Translations under genes and position numbers: made by a program
Assembly: GCA_965235115.1 (NCBI GenBank)
Contig: OZ249436.1
Location: forward strand, 54,252,001 to 54,316,000
Direction of reading: 5' to 3'
Source of the DNA: Laetmonice hystrix
Lineage: Eukaryota
Length of the DNA: 64,000 bases
Part shown: positions 36,919 to 51,700 of the stretch, one piece after another
How the letters are laid out: every line of letters begins with the position of its first letter
How positions within the stretch are numbered: the first letter of the stretch is position 1
The notes under the pieces: generated by a model
Database searches by the model: none
What the model saw: only the letters and a program-made list of their open reading frames with translations
What the model was told of the DNA's origin: nothing

Positions 36919-39900
36919 TTTCTTTTTTTTTCTTTTCTTCTCTGTCTCTCTGTCTCTCTGTTTCTCTCTCTGGCTGTCTGCCTCTCTGTCTGTCTGTCTG
37001 TCTGTCTCCACTCTCTCCCCTCTCTCTTTCTCCCTCTCGCTCGCCATCCCCATATCTCTTTTTGCCCCCCCCCTCTCTCTCTCTGTCTCTCTCTCTCTCT
37101 CCCACTCTCTCACTTACATTTTAAGAGGGGCATCAAGCAGTGATAGGCATAATTCTGTATTTAAACCTACGCGGGGTGTTTGTCTTTCGATTAACCATCG
37201 GTTCGGCTAATGTCACAGGGAAATCCGCCATATAGCTTTTCAAAAGAAAGATCCCCAATTCGGCAAGAGGTGCCTAATACAACACGTACTTTCTATAAAT
37301 AGGGTTATTTCCCCATGGTAACTTCCAGACAAAATTTTGGGTAGGGGTTCGGGTTAAGGTCAGGGATAGGGATAGGGATAGGATAGGGATATGTTTTTGG
37401 GAGGTGTAGGGACTGGGATTAGGGATAAGGTCGGGGCTATGGATCTCTACTTTCGACGAAATTTCGTGGGGTTTAAGTTACCATGAGGGATGTACAATAA
37501 ACAGGGGTTAGGAAGTCATGCTTACGTTTCACTATTTCCCTTTACATTGAGTGACCTTGTGACGTCAATCAAGGTCAGGGACATTTTCGACGATTCAATC
37601 TAGAAACACTTCACGATCACTAGGCCCCTATTTACTTCAAATGATGGATGAAGACAAGAAGTTTCTTTGTGACTCATGTATCAAAGATGTTCTTGCATGG
37701 ACTGTATCTAAAAAAAACAAAGTACAATGTATATCATATCATACAGGTTGGTACGCAATGAACACAACTGGACAATAGGAACACTTCAGTTTTACACGTT
37801 TTCAGCTTCATTTTTCGATTTAGTCTGACCATGAATTTGCCACATGATTTAGAGCGTAGCCCTTTCCTTTGACATATCACCCAGTTCATGATCATCTCCG
37901 TTTAGTGGCGGTCGCCACATAATTTAAGTGGCGGCCGCCAGATTTTCTTTTTGTTTCTTTTTTTTTGCGCTGGCAAAGATATAAACCGTGTGGCAATGCA
38001 GGTCTTTCGTAGAGCCCCCCTGTTTCCGTTCTTGAAAAGGAAATTTAAAGGGGAGGGCCCCATTTGGGCTCCGTCTTGTGCTGCCACCTAACGACGCCTG
38101 AAATCAATCACCCGGAATTGACGGCAGAGGGTGCGAGTGTATGGATAGCTCCAGCTGCAGGAAGTGGGCTGTACGCATACAGGATTGGAACTTATATTTA
38201 CATAGAGGAGAAGTTATTCTATTAGACTCTTTCAATAATTTGTGACCAGGCAAATACAAATGTAGGCTACACATCACAACCATATATCTGTAGCGAACGT
38301 ACGAGACCTATACGTTTGACAGTTATACATCTGGCCTAAGAATCATAATTTTGGGTGGCGTAGTTTCAATTTGACGTATCAAAAATGTAGCCATTGTTCG
38401 CTTATCATTGCTTTAACCTGTCTCTCGCCTAAGAGCCACAGGTGCCTGCCAGCCCGGCCAGGTGTACGTGGTGATTCCACCGCTAGCCGGAAGGTAGCAG
38501 TGCAGTCGGAGTCGCCGCCGCCGCTTCAGCAGAGCCGCGCTGCAGCCTGGTGTTTTCTGCCTGCAACATTTCTGTGTAATCTTTCTTTGTTTGTTTGTTA
38601 CTTGGGGATGCGATATCTGATATAGAGAAGGCGTACAACGTCATTTGCCATTGCTAACTAAACATTGACGGCAAACAGTCATTGCGACGACCTGACAACG
38701 TTGTCGGACGCTTACAGATGGTCTGTAGGGGACACAGATTAGATGGGAGTATGAAACGTATGGCCTGCCTCCTGGACAGTAAAGGCATGGAAACATGAAA
38801 CATGAGGCGTCCCTATACTACTGGCTACTCTTGTATACAAGCAAATGGTACAGGGAGGCCAAACAGTACAGAGAGGAATTGCTACAAGGTATATTGGCTG
38901 GCCTAGCACCCAAGCGAACACTACAGTGAGGCCAAAGAGTACAGTGAGGCCAAACAGTACACTGTGGGGCCAAGCAGTGTGGGAGGCCAACCAGTCGAGT
39001 GAGAAGTCCCTACATCTTACCGGCTGCATGGCCTAGTAGACATGCAAACACTACAGTGAGGTAGTGGAAATGAAAGGTACAGGCGAGGAGCATCTAATGT
39101 TAAAATCTGGAGAAGATACTCAAATGGGAAGTGTATATTCAGTTACCCTCGTCTCGGAGTCGAACTTTACGGGCTATTTGGTCGGCCTCTAGAAACAGCG
39201 ACGCAAAGACAGCGCATTCAGCGCCTGACATTCTGACTACTTTTGAGGTCAATCAATTTATCACCAAGCCAAGGCTGTCCATTTGTCGCTATGTCGCATT
39301 AATGGAACAACAACAACAACGCAAATGCGACAAGGAAAAAAGCATTTTGTGAGACAAAAGTGGTGACCTGTGACAAAAGTGGTAAAAATGACAAAAGTGG
39401 TTGCTTCAGTAGATAAGATAAGATAAGATAAGAGATATGTTTATTAGCAACCATAAAAGTATAGTTGGATTTGGTACAATAGGATATTTAAAAAATGAAT
39501 AAGTATCAATACATTGGTAGAATTGATTAAGACAGTATACTCGCGTGGGCTCAAAGGCAGAAGTGACTAGATCTGTGTCCAAAAGTACCATTATGAGAAA
39601 AATGAGTTTGAAGTTTTGATTGCTTCCTTAAATTTAGAAAACGGAAGACATAGACAGGTCAGTGACGATTCTACCTGTAAAAATGATTGTCTACATACCC
39701 TTATAAGCCTTTGAATACAATAAAGATTATGAATACAATAAAGGGGCCAAAAATGCAAAGAATGCCCCCAAAAATTGACATAACCATTTCTAGGAGCAAC
39801 AAAGCTAAATATTTTCAATTTTGAAGACACAAATATTTAGGCGCAATAAAGAAAATACCTGGCAAAGCCATGAACAATGAACACCAACTTTAATCAACAC

Positions 39901-40964
39901 TAAAGTAATGCTCAGCGTACAACTGGTGCATTGACCTAATTAGCTCGAATTGTCTATGTCCGACATAGTCAGTTCTGGCTGCAACCAGTACACCCAGTAA
40001 TGGACATAATCAAAATCTTCTGGTAATGATTGGCTATAACTAACAGGATGGGGACATATACATATTTAGCAGTGACAGTACAGACATAAAGAGTAAGCCT
40101 GGTGGCATTAACTCATTTTGCCTAAAAATGGACATAGTCACTTCTGCTTTTGGGCCCACGGTGCGTGTGTGTCTGCATCTGTAATCTCTTAGGTCCTCAT
40201 AATTGGTATTTGGTTAATTGGGTTTTAAATACAATCTAAGACGGCTAAGCAAGATCTGTATGGTAAAAAGAGTAGGTGAAAGATATGCCAGTATACGCAC
40301 TCTAATAAATTCTTGTGCTATAAATACCAGGTGTTGGTTTCTATTGTCCAGGTTTGTTTGTCACACCTCAGGCCGGTGACTCTGTACGTCAGTCAGTTCC
40401 AGTCAACAGTTTTACCTGGAGACAGTATGAAATCGCCAGACATGCTAGGTTGTAGCCCCTTGACTTCATTTGGACAGACAGGACGGTGGAAATGGTGTCT
40501 TGATTAATGTGAAATACGGTTCTACCTGGGAAACCTTCTTATGTTTAGTCAGTGTTCACTTATATTACTTTGTGATAAAGAACCCACTAAAATACAGCCA
40601 TGTAGGCAATTGGTTTTGCAGGTGAGGCCCTAATTTGTATATAAATGACTGTAACTATGTGGACCTTGACGCTGGTGACGACTGTCGTATGCAGAACGTC
40701 GGTGTCACGTGCCTCATTGTCCATGTTGCCCCGATTTTATCATTTTTATTAATATCTTTTAATAAAATGAACTTGCAGCAAGAAACTATGGATGGGCACC
40801 CCATTTTTAGTGCTCCAGACGGGATCGACACCTCCAAGTCTTTGGTTGTCGCCTGTAAAATGTTTTTATCTTACTAAAACAATGTGGTTGTATGGGACAC
40901 CACTCTGGAGGTTCAGCTTGACCCCCCCTCTATATAAAGCCACGAAACCACTGGTCACATGTAC

Positions 40965-41335
40965 AGTGAACGGTCACGTCTGAAAGTATCGCTTAGATAG
41001 ACTCGGGTCTGTCTCCCATGAACTGGCTGATGGGTCGGAAGGAGCTTGCATGGGTCCACGTTCGGTCGTAGTCTGGCAACACGTGCTGATGGTTAAACAC
41101 TGACAGTATGATGAGTCACGAAGTGTCCACTTGGAGCCGGGAGGGTGCAAGGCTGAGAAAAGTGCGACATGACTCTTCTAAAGGGATGTAGCAATACAAC
41201 CCGTTCCCCGTCAGTGGGTCGATCTGTGGCATAGTTCCGTATGGCGACTATCATTGGGTTATCACGTGTTGTCTCAGACGCCAGATCTTCGAACGGTAGG
41301 ATGAATGGATCTAGTCGACTAAGACCAAGTTCACT
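40965..41335 (+). ncRNA. Candidate structured ncRNA, copy 4
   Basis: As copy 3 plus C>T at 41094, turning a C-G pair into U.G. Confidence 0.68.
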
Positions 41336-44300
41336 TTTCTTTTTTTTTCTTTTCTTCTCTGTCTCTCTGTCTCTCTGTTTCTCTCTCTGGCTGTCTGCCT
41401 CTCTGTCTGTCTGTCTGTCTGTCTCCACTCTCTCCCCTCTCTCTTTCTCCCTCTCGCTCGCCATCCCCATATCTCTTTTTGCCCCCCCCCTCTCTCTCTC
41501 TGTCTCTCTCTCTCTCTCCCACTCTCTCACTTACATTTTAAGAGGGGCATCAAGCAGTGATAGGCATAATTCTGTATTTAAACCTACGCGGGGTGTTTGT
41601 CTTTCGATTAACCATCGGTTCGGCTAATGTCACAGGGAAATCCGCCATATAGCTTTTCAAAAGAAAGATCCCCAATTCGGCAAGAGGTGCCTAATACAAC
41701 ACGTACTTTCTATAAATAGGGTTATTTCCCCATGGTAACTTCCAGACAAAATTTTGGGTAGGGGTTCGGGTTAAGGTCAGGGATAGGGATAGGGATAGGA
41801 TAGGGATATGTTTTTGGGAGGTGTAGGGACTGGGATTAGGGATAAGGTCGGGGCTATGGATCTCTACTTTCGACGAAATTTCGTGGGGTTTAAGTTACCA
41901 TGAGGGATGTACAATAAACAGGGGTTAGGAAGTCATGCTTACGTTTCACTATTTCCCTTTACATTGAGTGACCTTGTGACGTCAATCAAGGTCAGGGACA
42001 TTTTCGACGATTCAATCTAGAAACACTTCACGATCACTAGGCCCCTATTTACTTCAAATGATGGATGAAGACAAGAAGTTTCGTTGTGACTCATGTATCA
42101 AAGATGTTCTTGCATGGACTGTATCTAAAAAAAACAAAGTACAATGTATATCATATCATACAGGTTGGTACGCAATGAACACAACTGGACAATAGGAACA
42201 CTTCAGTTTTACACGTTTTCAGCTTCATTTTTCGATTTAGTCTGACCATGAATTTGCCACATGATTTAGAGCGTAGCCCTTTCCTTTGACATATCACCCA
42301 GTTCATGATCATCTCCGTTTAGTGGCGGTCGCCACATAATTTAAGTGGCGGCCGCCAGATTTTCTTTTTGTTTCTTTTTTTTTGCGCTGGCAAAGATATA
42401 AACCGTGTGGCAATGCAGGTCTTTCGTAGAGCCCCCCTGTTTCCGTTCTTGAAAAGGAAATTTAAAGGGGAGGGCCCCATTTGGGCTCCGTCTTGTGCTG
42501 CCACCTAACGACGCCTGAAATCAATCACCCGGAATTGACGGCAGAGGGTGCGAGTGTATGGATAGCTCCAGCTGCAGGAAGTGGGCTGTACGCATACAGG
42601 ATTGGAACTTATATTTACATAGAGGAGAAGTTATTCTATTAGACTCTTTCAATAATTTGTGACCAGGCAAATACAAATGTAGGCTACACATCACAACCAT
42701 ATATCTGTAGCGAACGTACGAGACCTATACGTTTGACAGTTATACATCTGGCCTAAGAATCATAATTTTGGGTGGCGTAGTTTCAATTTGACGTATCAAA
42801 AATGTAGCCATTGTTCGCTTATCATTGCTTTAACCTGTCTCTCGCCTAAGAGCCACAGGTGCCTGCCAGCCCGGCCAGGTGTACGTGGTGATTCCACCGC
42901 TAGCCGGAAGGTAGCAGTGCAGTCGGAGTCGCCGCCGCCGCTTCAGCAGAGCCGCGCTGCAGCCTGGTGTTTTCTGCCTGCAACATTTCTGTGTAATCTT
43001 TCTTTGTTTGTTTGTTACTTGGGGATGCGATATCTGATATAGAGAAGGCGTACAACGTCATTTGCCATTGCTAACTAAACATTGACGGCAAACAGTCATT
43101 GCGACGACCTGACAACGTTGTCGGACGCTTACAGATGGTCTGTAGGGGACACAGATTAGATGGGAGTATGAAACGTATGGCCTGCCTCCTGGACAGTAAA
43201 GGCATGGAAACATGAAACATGAGGCGTCCCTATACTACTGGCTACTCTTGTATACAAGCAAATGGTACAGGGAGGCCAAACAGTACAGAGAGGAATTGCT
43301 ACAAGGTATATTGGCTGGCCTAGCACCCAAGCGAACACTACAGTGAGGCCAAAGAGTACAGTGAGGCCAAACAGTACACTGTGGGGCCAAGCAGTGTGGG
43401 AGGCCAACCAGTCGAGTGAGAAGTCCCTACATCTTACCGGCTGCATGGCCTAGTAGACATGCAAACACTACAGTGAGGTAGTGGAAATGAAAGGTACAGG
43501 CGAGGAGCATCTAATGTTAAAATCTGGAGAAGATACTCAAATGGGAAGTGTATATTCAGTTACCCTCGTCTCGGAGTCGAACTTTACGGGCTATTTGGTC
43601 GGCCTCTAGAAACAGCGACGCAAAGACAGCGCATTCAGCGCCTGACATTCTGACTACTTTTGAGGTCAATCAATTTATCACCAAGCCAAGGCTGTCCATT
43701 TGTCGCTATGTCGCATTAATGGAACAACAACAACAACGCAAATGCGACAAGGAAAAAAGCATTTTGTGAGACAAAAGTGGTGACCTGTGACAAAAGTGGT
43801 AAAAATGACAAAAGTGGTTGCTTCAGTAGATAAGATAAGATAAGATAAGAGATATGTTTATTAGCAACCATAAAAGTATAGTTGGATTTGGTACAATAGG
43901 ATATTTAAAAAATGAATAAGTATCAATACATTGGTAGAATTGATTAAGACAGTATACTCGCGTGGGCTCAAAGGCAGAAGTGACTAGATCTGTGTCCAAA
44001 AGTACCATTATGAGAAAAATGAGTTTGAAGTTTTGATTGCTTCCTTAAATTTAGAAAACGGAAGACATAGACAGGTCAGTGACGATTCTACCTGTAAAAA
44101 TGATTGTCTACATACCCTTATAAGCCTTTGAATACAATAAAGATTATGAATACAATAAAGGGGCCAAAAATGCAAAGAATGCCCCCAAAAATTGACATAA
44201 CCATTTCTAGGAGCAACAAAGCTAAATATTTTCAATTTTGAAGACACAAATATTTAGGCGCAATAAAGAAAATACCTGGCAAAGCCATGAACAATGAACA

Positions 44301-45381
44301 CCAACTTTAATCAACACTAAAGTAATGCTCAGCGTACAACTGGTGCATTGACCTAATTAGCTCGAATTGTCTATGTCCGACATAGTCAGTTCTGGCTGCA
44401 ACCAGTACACCCAGTAATGGACATAATCAAAATCTTCTGGTAATGATTGGCTATAACTAACAGGATGGGGACATATACATATTTAGCAGTGACAGTACAG
44501 ACATAAAGAGTAAGCCTGGTGGCATTAACTCATTTTGCCTAAAAATGGACATAGTCACTTCTGCTTTTGGGCCCACGGTGCGTGTGTGTCTGCATCTGTA
44601 ATCTCTTAGGTCCTCATAATTGGTATTTGGTTAATTGGGTTTTAAATACAATCTAAGACGGCTAAGCAAGATCTGTATGGTAAAAAGAGTAGGTGAAAGA
44701 TATGCCAGTATACGCACTCTAATAAATTCTTGTGCTATAAATACCAGGTGTTGGTTTCTATTGTCCAGGTTTGTTTGTCACACCTCAGGCCGGTGACTCT
44801 GTACGTCAGTCAGTTCCAGTCAACAGTTTTACCTGGAGACAGTATGAAATCGCCAGACATGCTAGGTTGTAGCCCCTTGACTTCATTTGGACAGACAGGA
44901 CGGTGGAAATGGTGTCTTGATTAATGTGAAATACGGTTCTACCTGGGAAACCTTCTTATGTTTAGTCAGTGTTCACTTATATTACTTTGTGATAAAGAAC
45001 CCACTAAAATACAGCCATGTAGGCAATTGGTTTTGCAGGTGAGGCCCTAATTTGTATATAAATGACTGTAACTATGTGGACCTTGACGCTGGTGACGACT
45101 GTCGTATGCAGAACGTCGGTGTCACGTGCCTCATTGTCCATGTTGCCCCGATTTTATCATTTTTATTAATATCTTTTAATAAAATGAACTTGCAGCAAGA
45201 AACTATGGATGGGCACCCCATTTTTAGTGCTCCAGACGGGATCGACACCTCCAAGTCTTTGGTTGTCGCCTGTAAAATGTTTTTATCTTACTAAAACAAT
45301 GTGGTTGTATGGGACACCACTCTGGAGGTTCAGCTTGACCCCCCCTCTATATAAAGCCACGAAACCACTGGTCACATGTAC

Positions 45382-45752
45382 AGTGAACGGTCACGTCTGA
45401 AAGTATCGCTTAGATAGACTCGGGTCTGTCTCCCATGAACTGGCTGATGGGTCGGAAGGAGCTTGCATGGGTCCACGTTCGGTCGTAGTCTGGCAACACG
45501 TGCTGATGGTTAAACACTGACAGTATGATGAGTCACGAAGTGTCCACTTGGAGCCGGGAGGGTGCAAGGCTGAGAAAAGTGCGACATGACTCTTCTAAAG
45601 GGATGTAGCAATACAACCCGTTCCCCGTCAGTGGGTCGATCTGTGGCATAGTTCCGTATGGCGACTATCATTGGGTTATCACGTGTTGTCTCAGACGCCA
45701 GATCTTCGAACGGTAGGATGAATGGATCTAGTCGACTAAGACCAAGTTCACT
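45382..45752 (+). ncRNA. Candidate structured ncRNA, copy 5
   Basis: Appears identical to copy 4. Confidence 0.68.
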
Positions 45753-48700
45753 TTTCTTTTTTTTTCTTTTCTTCTCTGTCTCTCTGTCTCTCTGTTTCTC
45801 TCTCTGGCTGTCTGCCTCTCTGTCTGTCTGTCTGTCTGTCTCCACTCTCTCCCCTCTCTCTTTCTCCCTCTCGCTCGCCATCCCCATATCTCTTTTTGCC
45901 CCCCCCTCTCTCTCTCTCTGTCTCTCTCTCTCTCCCACTCTCTCACTTACATTTTAAGAGGGGCATCAAGCAGTGATAGGCATAATTCTGTATTTAAACC
46001 TACGCGGGGTGTTTGTCTTTCGATTAACCATCAGTTCGGCTAATGTCACAGGGAAATCCGCCATATAGCTTTTCAAAAGAAAGATCCCCAATTCGGCAAG
46101 AGGTGCCTAATACAACACGTACTTTCTATAAATAGGGTTATTTCCCCATGGTAACTTCCAGACAAAATTTTGGGTAGGGGTTCGGGTTAAGGTCAGGGAT
46201 AGGGATAGGGATAGGATAGGGATATGTTTTTGGGAGGTGTAGGGACTGGGATTAGGGATAAGGTCGGGGCTATGGATCTCTACTTTCGACGAAATTTCGT
46301 GGGGTTTAAGTTACCATGAGGGATGTACAATAAACAGGGGTTAGGAAGTCATGCTTACGTTTCACTATTTCCCTTTACATTGAGTGACCTTGTGACGTCA
46401 ATCAAGGTCAGGGACATTTTCGACGATTCAATCTAGAAACACTTCACGATCACTAGGCCCCTATTTACTTCAAATGATGGATGAAGACAAGAAGTTTCTT
46501 TGTGACTCATGTATCAAAGATGTTCTTGCATGGACTGTATCTAAAAAAACAAAGTACAATGTATATCATATCATACAGGTTGGTACGCAATGAACACAAC
46601 TGGACAATAGGAACACTTCAGTTTTACACGTTTTCAGCTTCATTTTTCGATTTAGTCTGACCATAAATTTGCCACATGATTTAGAGCGTAGCCCTTTCCT
46701 TTGACATATCACCCAGTTCATGATCATCTCCGTTTAGTGGCGGTCGCCACATAATTTAAGTGGCGGCCGCCAGATTTTCTTTTTGTTTCTTTTTTTTTGC
46801 GCTGGCAAAGATATAAACCGTGTGGCAATGCAGGTCTTTCGTAGAGCCCCCCTGTTTCCGTTCCTGAAAAGGAAATTTATAGGGGAGGGCCCCATTTGGG
46901 CTCCGTCTTGTGCTGCCACCTAACGACGCCTGAAATCAATCACCCGGAATTGACGGCAGAGGGTGCGAGTGTATGGATAGCTCCAGCTGCAGGAAGTGGG
47001 CTGTACGCATACAGGATTGGAACTTATATTTACATAGAGGAGAAGTTATTCTATTAGACTCTTTCAATAATTTGTGACCAGGCAAATACAAATGTAGGCT
47101 ACACATCACAACCATATATCTGTAGCGAACGTACGAGACCTATACGTTTGACAGTTATACATCTGGCCTAAGAATCATAATTTTGGGTGGCGTAGTTTCA
47201 ATTTGACGTATCAAAAATGTAGCCATTGTTCGCTTATCATTGCTTTAACCTGTCTCTCGCCTAAGAGCCACAGGTGCCTGCCAGCCCGGCCAGGTGTACG
47301 TGGTGATTCCACCGCTAGCCGGAAGGTAGCAGTGCAGTCGGAGCCGCCGCCGCCGCTTCAGCAGAGCCGCGCTGCAGCCTGGTGTTTTCTGCCTGCAACA
47401 TTTCTGTGTAATCTTTCTTTGTTTGTTTGTTACTTGGGGATGCGATATCTGATATAGAGAAGATGTACAACGTCATTTGCCATTGCTAACTAAACATTGA
47501 CGGCAAACAGTCATTGCGACGACCTGACAACGTTGTCGGACGCTTACAGATGGTCTGTAGGGGACACAGATTAGATGGGAGTATGAAACGTATGGCCTGC
47601 CTCCTGGACAGTAAAGGCATGGAAACATGAAACATGAGGCGTCCCTATACTACTGGCTACTCTTGTATACAAGCAAATGGTACAGGGAGGCCAAACAGTA
47701 CAGAGAGGTATTGCTACAAGGTATACTGGCTGGCCTAGCACCCAAGCGAACACTACAGTGAGGCCAAAGAGTACAGTGAGGCCAAACAGTACACTGTGGG
47801 GCCAAGCAGTGTGGGAGGCCAACCAGTAGAGTGAGAAGTCCCTACATCTTACCGGCTGGCCTATAGTAGCCATGCAAACACTACAGTGAGGTAGTAGAAA
47901 TGAAAGGTACAGGCGAGGAGCATCTAATGTTAAAATCTGGAGAAGATACTCAAATGGGAAGTGTACCCATCACAAGCATAGGCCTATATCTGTAGCGAAC
48001 GTACGAGACCTATACGTTTGACAGTTATACATCTGGCCTAAGAATCATAATTTTGGGGGGCGTAGTTTCAATTTGACGTATCAAAAATGTAGCCATTTTT
48101 CGCTTATCATTGCTTTAACCTGTCTCTCGCCTAAGAGCCACAGGTGCCTGCCAGCCCGGCCAGGTGTACGTGGTGATTCCACCGCTGGCCGGAAGGCGGC
48201 AGTGCAGTCAGTGGAGCTGCGCTGCACCCTGGTGTTTTCTGCCTGCAACATCTCTGTGTAATCTTTGTTTGTTTGTTTGTTTGTTTGTTTGTTATTTTGG
48301 GGATGGGATATCTGATATAGAGAAGGCGTACAATGTCATTTGCCATTGCTAACTAAACCTTGACGGCAAACAGTCATTGCGACGACCTGTCAACGTTGTC
48401 GGACGCTTACAGATGGTCTGTAGGGGACACAGATTAGATGGGAGTAGATGATAGACGAAAGTATGGCCTGCCTCCTGGACAGTAAAGGCATGGAAACATG
48501 AAACATGAGGCGTCCCTATACCACTGGCTACTCTTGTATACAAGCAAATGGTACAGGGAGGCCAAACAGTACAGAGAGGAATTGCTACAAGGTATATTGG
48601 CTGGCCTAGCACCCAAGCGAACACTACAGTGAGGCCAAAGAGTACAGTGAGGCCAAACAGTACACTGTGGGGCCAAGCAGTGTGGGAGGCCAACCAGTAG

Positions 48701-51700
48701 AGTGAGAAGTCCCTACATCTTACCGGCTGCATGGCCTAGTAGACATGCAAACACTACAGTGAGGTAGTGGAAATAAAAGGTACAGGCGAGGAGCATCTAA
48801 TGTTAAAATCTGGAGAAGATACTCAAATGGGAAGTGTATATTCAGTTACCCTCGTCTCGGACTCGAACTTTACGTGCTATTTTGTCGGCCTCTAGAAACA
48901 GCGACGCAAAGACAGCGCATTCAGCGCCTGACATTCTGACTACTTTTGAGGTCAATCAATTTATCACCAAGCCAAGGCTGTCCATTTGTCGCTATGTCGC
49001 ATTAATGGAACAACAACAACGCAAATGCGACAAGGAAAAAAGCATTTTGTGAGACAAAAGTGGTGACCTGTGACAAAAGTGGTAAAAATGACAAAAGTGG
49101 TTGCTTCAGTATACTCACGTGGGCTCAAAGGCAGAAGTGACTAGATCTATGTCCAAAAGTACCATTCTGAGGAAAATGAGTTTAAAGTTTTGATTGCTTC
49201 CATAAAATCAGAAAACGGAAGAAATAGAAAAGTGAGAGACGATTCTACCTGCCTTTGAATACAATAAAGATTATGAATACAATAAAGGGGCCAAAAATGC
49301 CACGAAAATGGACATAACCATTTCTGGCAGCAACAAAGCTAAATATTTTCAATTTTCAAGACACTAATATTCAGGCGCAATAAAGAATATACCTAGCAAA
49401 GGCATCAACAATGAACATCAACTTTAATCAACACTAAAGTAATGCTCAGCGTACAACTGGTGCATTGACCTAATTAGCTCGAATTGTCTATGTCCGACAT
49501 AGTCAGTTCTGGCTGCAACCAGTACACCCAGTAATGGACATAATCAAAATCTTCTGGTAATGATTGGCTATAACTAACGGGATGGGGACATAGACATATT
49601 TAGCAGTGACAGTACAGACATAAAGAGTAAGCCTGGTGGCATTAACTCATTTTGCCTAAAAATGGACATAGTCACTTCTGCCTTTGGGCCCACGGTGCGT
49701 GTGTGTCGCATGTAAAGTTCGACGACGTACTAGGGGACAATTCTGTCATTTTGGTGGGAAAAACATAAACGTCTAGGGAATAGAATTATGATTGGTGGCC
49801 ATTAGCAACCCCTCCCCTCCACCCCAAGATAAAAATTCGCGTTGTCTCCCTTGTCCCATAATATATCACTCCAAGAACACGTATGCAAATGTAGGATTCT
49901 TTATTATTCTACCGCCTCTGATTTACAAACTGATAATATAAAACATTACATTAATAAAATAGTGTATGAAAAATAGAAATTAAAATGGAACTACGAGGGA
50001 GAGAAAATATTACACTGAGATTCATTAAGTTGGAATAATCTTCTGCACTTAATTCAGTAAAGAGGGAAGCCATTATTCACTTGACCAGAACGTACGCTGA
50101 CCTAGGTATTGGGAAATGCCCAGCGGGAAATTTTCAATCAATGCCTTATCACTGGACTCTGCATTTAAACTGTCCATTAGGCCTACTTGAAAAATAAATA
50201 CATGGCTTTCTAATCATTCTGTATCAAGGCGCCAGAAAACTATGAACATTTGTCATTTCAAACAAAAGTTAGGATTTTCTTTCTATAAAGCCTAATTTTT
50301 AAACATTAAAAGGCAACTAGTTTGAAATTGGGCCGAGTGGTTTTTAAAACATATTTGCCAAGGTGTTCCCTGAACCAACAATAATTTACCACAAATCTTG
50401 GCGGTGATGGCCGTGCCCCGGTTTGAACCTTATCGCGATCACAGTTGTCAAAATAATGTGGTTCTAAGTGCAGAAATGTGTTCCTAACAATACGGCTATG
50501 CCAAAAGAATACATGTTTTTACTCTTTTCTGGTTAGGCCTACCTTTGTCGGCCCATGCACTTTATATCAGCAAACGATACAAGTGCAACCTGCTGTAGCA
50601 TAACGGTCGATGCTTTTACGTATGTCTAGATTACCAAGAACAATAATTTATTAATACATGTGTATTTTATAATAATGTTCATTTCGGTTATTTAAATCAT
50701 GATTTTGATTTTGTCAAATTCCGGATTTCACCAACAGACTGTATCCATACTTGTGTGTCAGCCACGAAGGTCGATGGCTGCCGTACCCCTAGTTCTCCAC
50801 AACAGAAAAATTGCCTCTCTGATCCTCAAAATGAGGCTGTCTGTTATAACCTAAACACTTTTCCACCGATACCTCTACATCTAGGAAGCAAATAAGACAA
50901 ACTCTTAAAGTCTAACCCGAATATACTGGAGCAGAGGACGAAAAAAAACTTATGCATGTAAACTACCGGTGTACGAAAAACGTACCCAATATCAGTATGT
51001 AAGACTAATTTGTATATATCATACACTACAAGATTATGCTAGTTATAGATATTTACACTATTATTATAGCCATCCACAGAAACGCCCAACAAAAGAATAG
51101 TACCAGAATCGGTCATTTCCATTTCACATGCATGCTTTATGCCCCTAATTTTCGTTTTATAATGTTAAGCACAGAATCTCACTGGTAAAATCATAGCAAA
51201 CCGCATGCAGTACATACACATACTGCATGGACAATATTCATTGGTAACAACTAGGTTACAAGGTCTACGACAGATTGAGGCCTTGTATAAGGATTCAAGC
51301 ATTTTGAATTGCACTTGTGTACCGGTACGTATAACCAGCGAATGTCGATGGGCGACGCCATCATCACTTTAGGATAATCTTATAGTCATAGACATACTAT
51401 ATGCCACAACTGAAACCACCACATAATGATCCGCCCCAACCCGACCCGACCCGATCCGATCCGATCCGATCCAATGGTAATGGCCATCTATGGAAAGTCG
51501 GGTCGCATCGCAGGCCTGGTCGGGCTCGTGTGCGGTGGCCTTACAGTAACCTATTACATTTACAATGCAACCAAACGTAAGACACTAAAATAGGGTCGAC
51601 CACGTCTCCTTTCAAAAAGACAACTCCTGAGTAGGCCTACATGTTTCAGATACCGGTAATAGGCAACTTCATGTTTATTACCAGTGTATACCATGTTTAT

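Larger units (their letters stand above)
14365..49712. repeat. ~35-kb nested tandem array: A-B(x12)-C-D-[A-B-C-D]x4-A-B-B-C
   Basis: Segment A (AAGAGGGGCATCAAGCAGTGAT...) starts at 14365, 28291, 32706, 37123, 41540 and 45956; the ORF track recurs with a 4415-4417 bp period. A ~1.15-1.2 kb, B ~860 bp, C ~1 kb, D ~1.37 kb. Confidence 0.97.
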
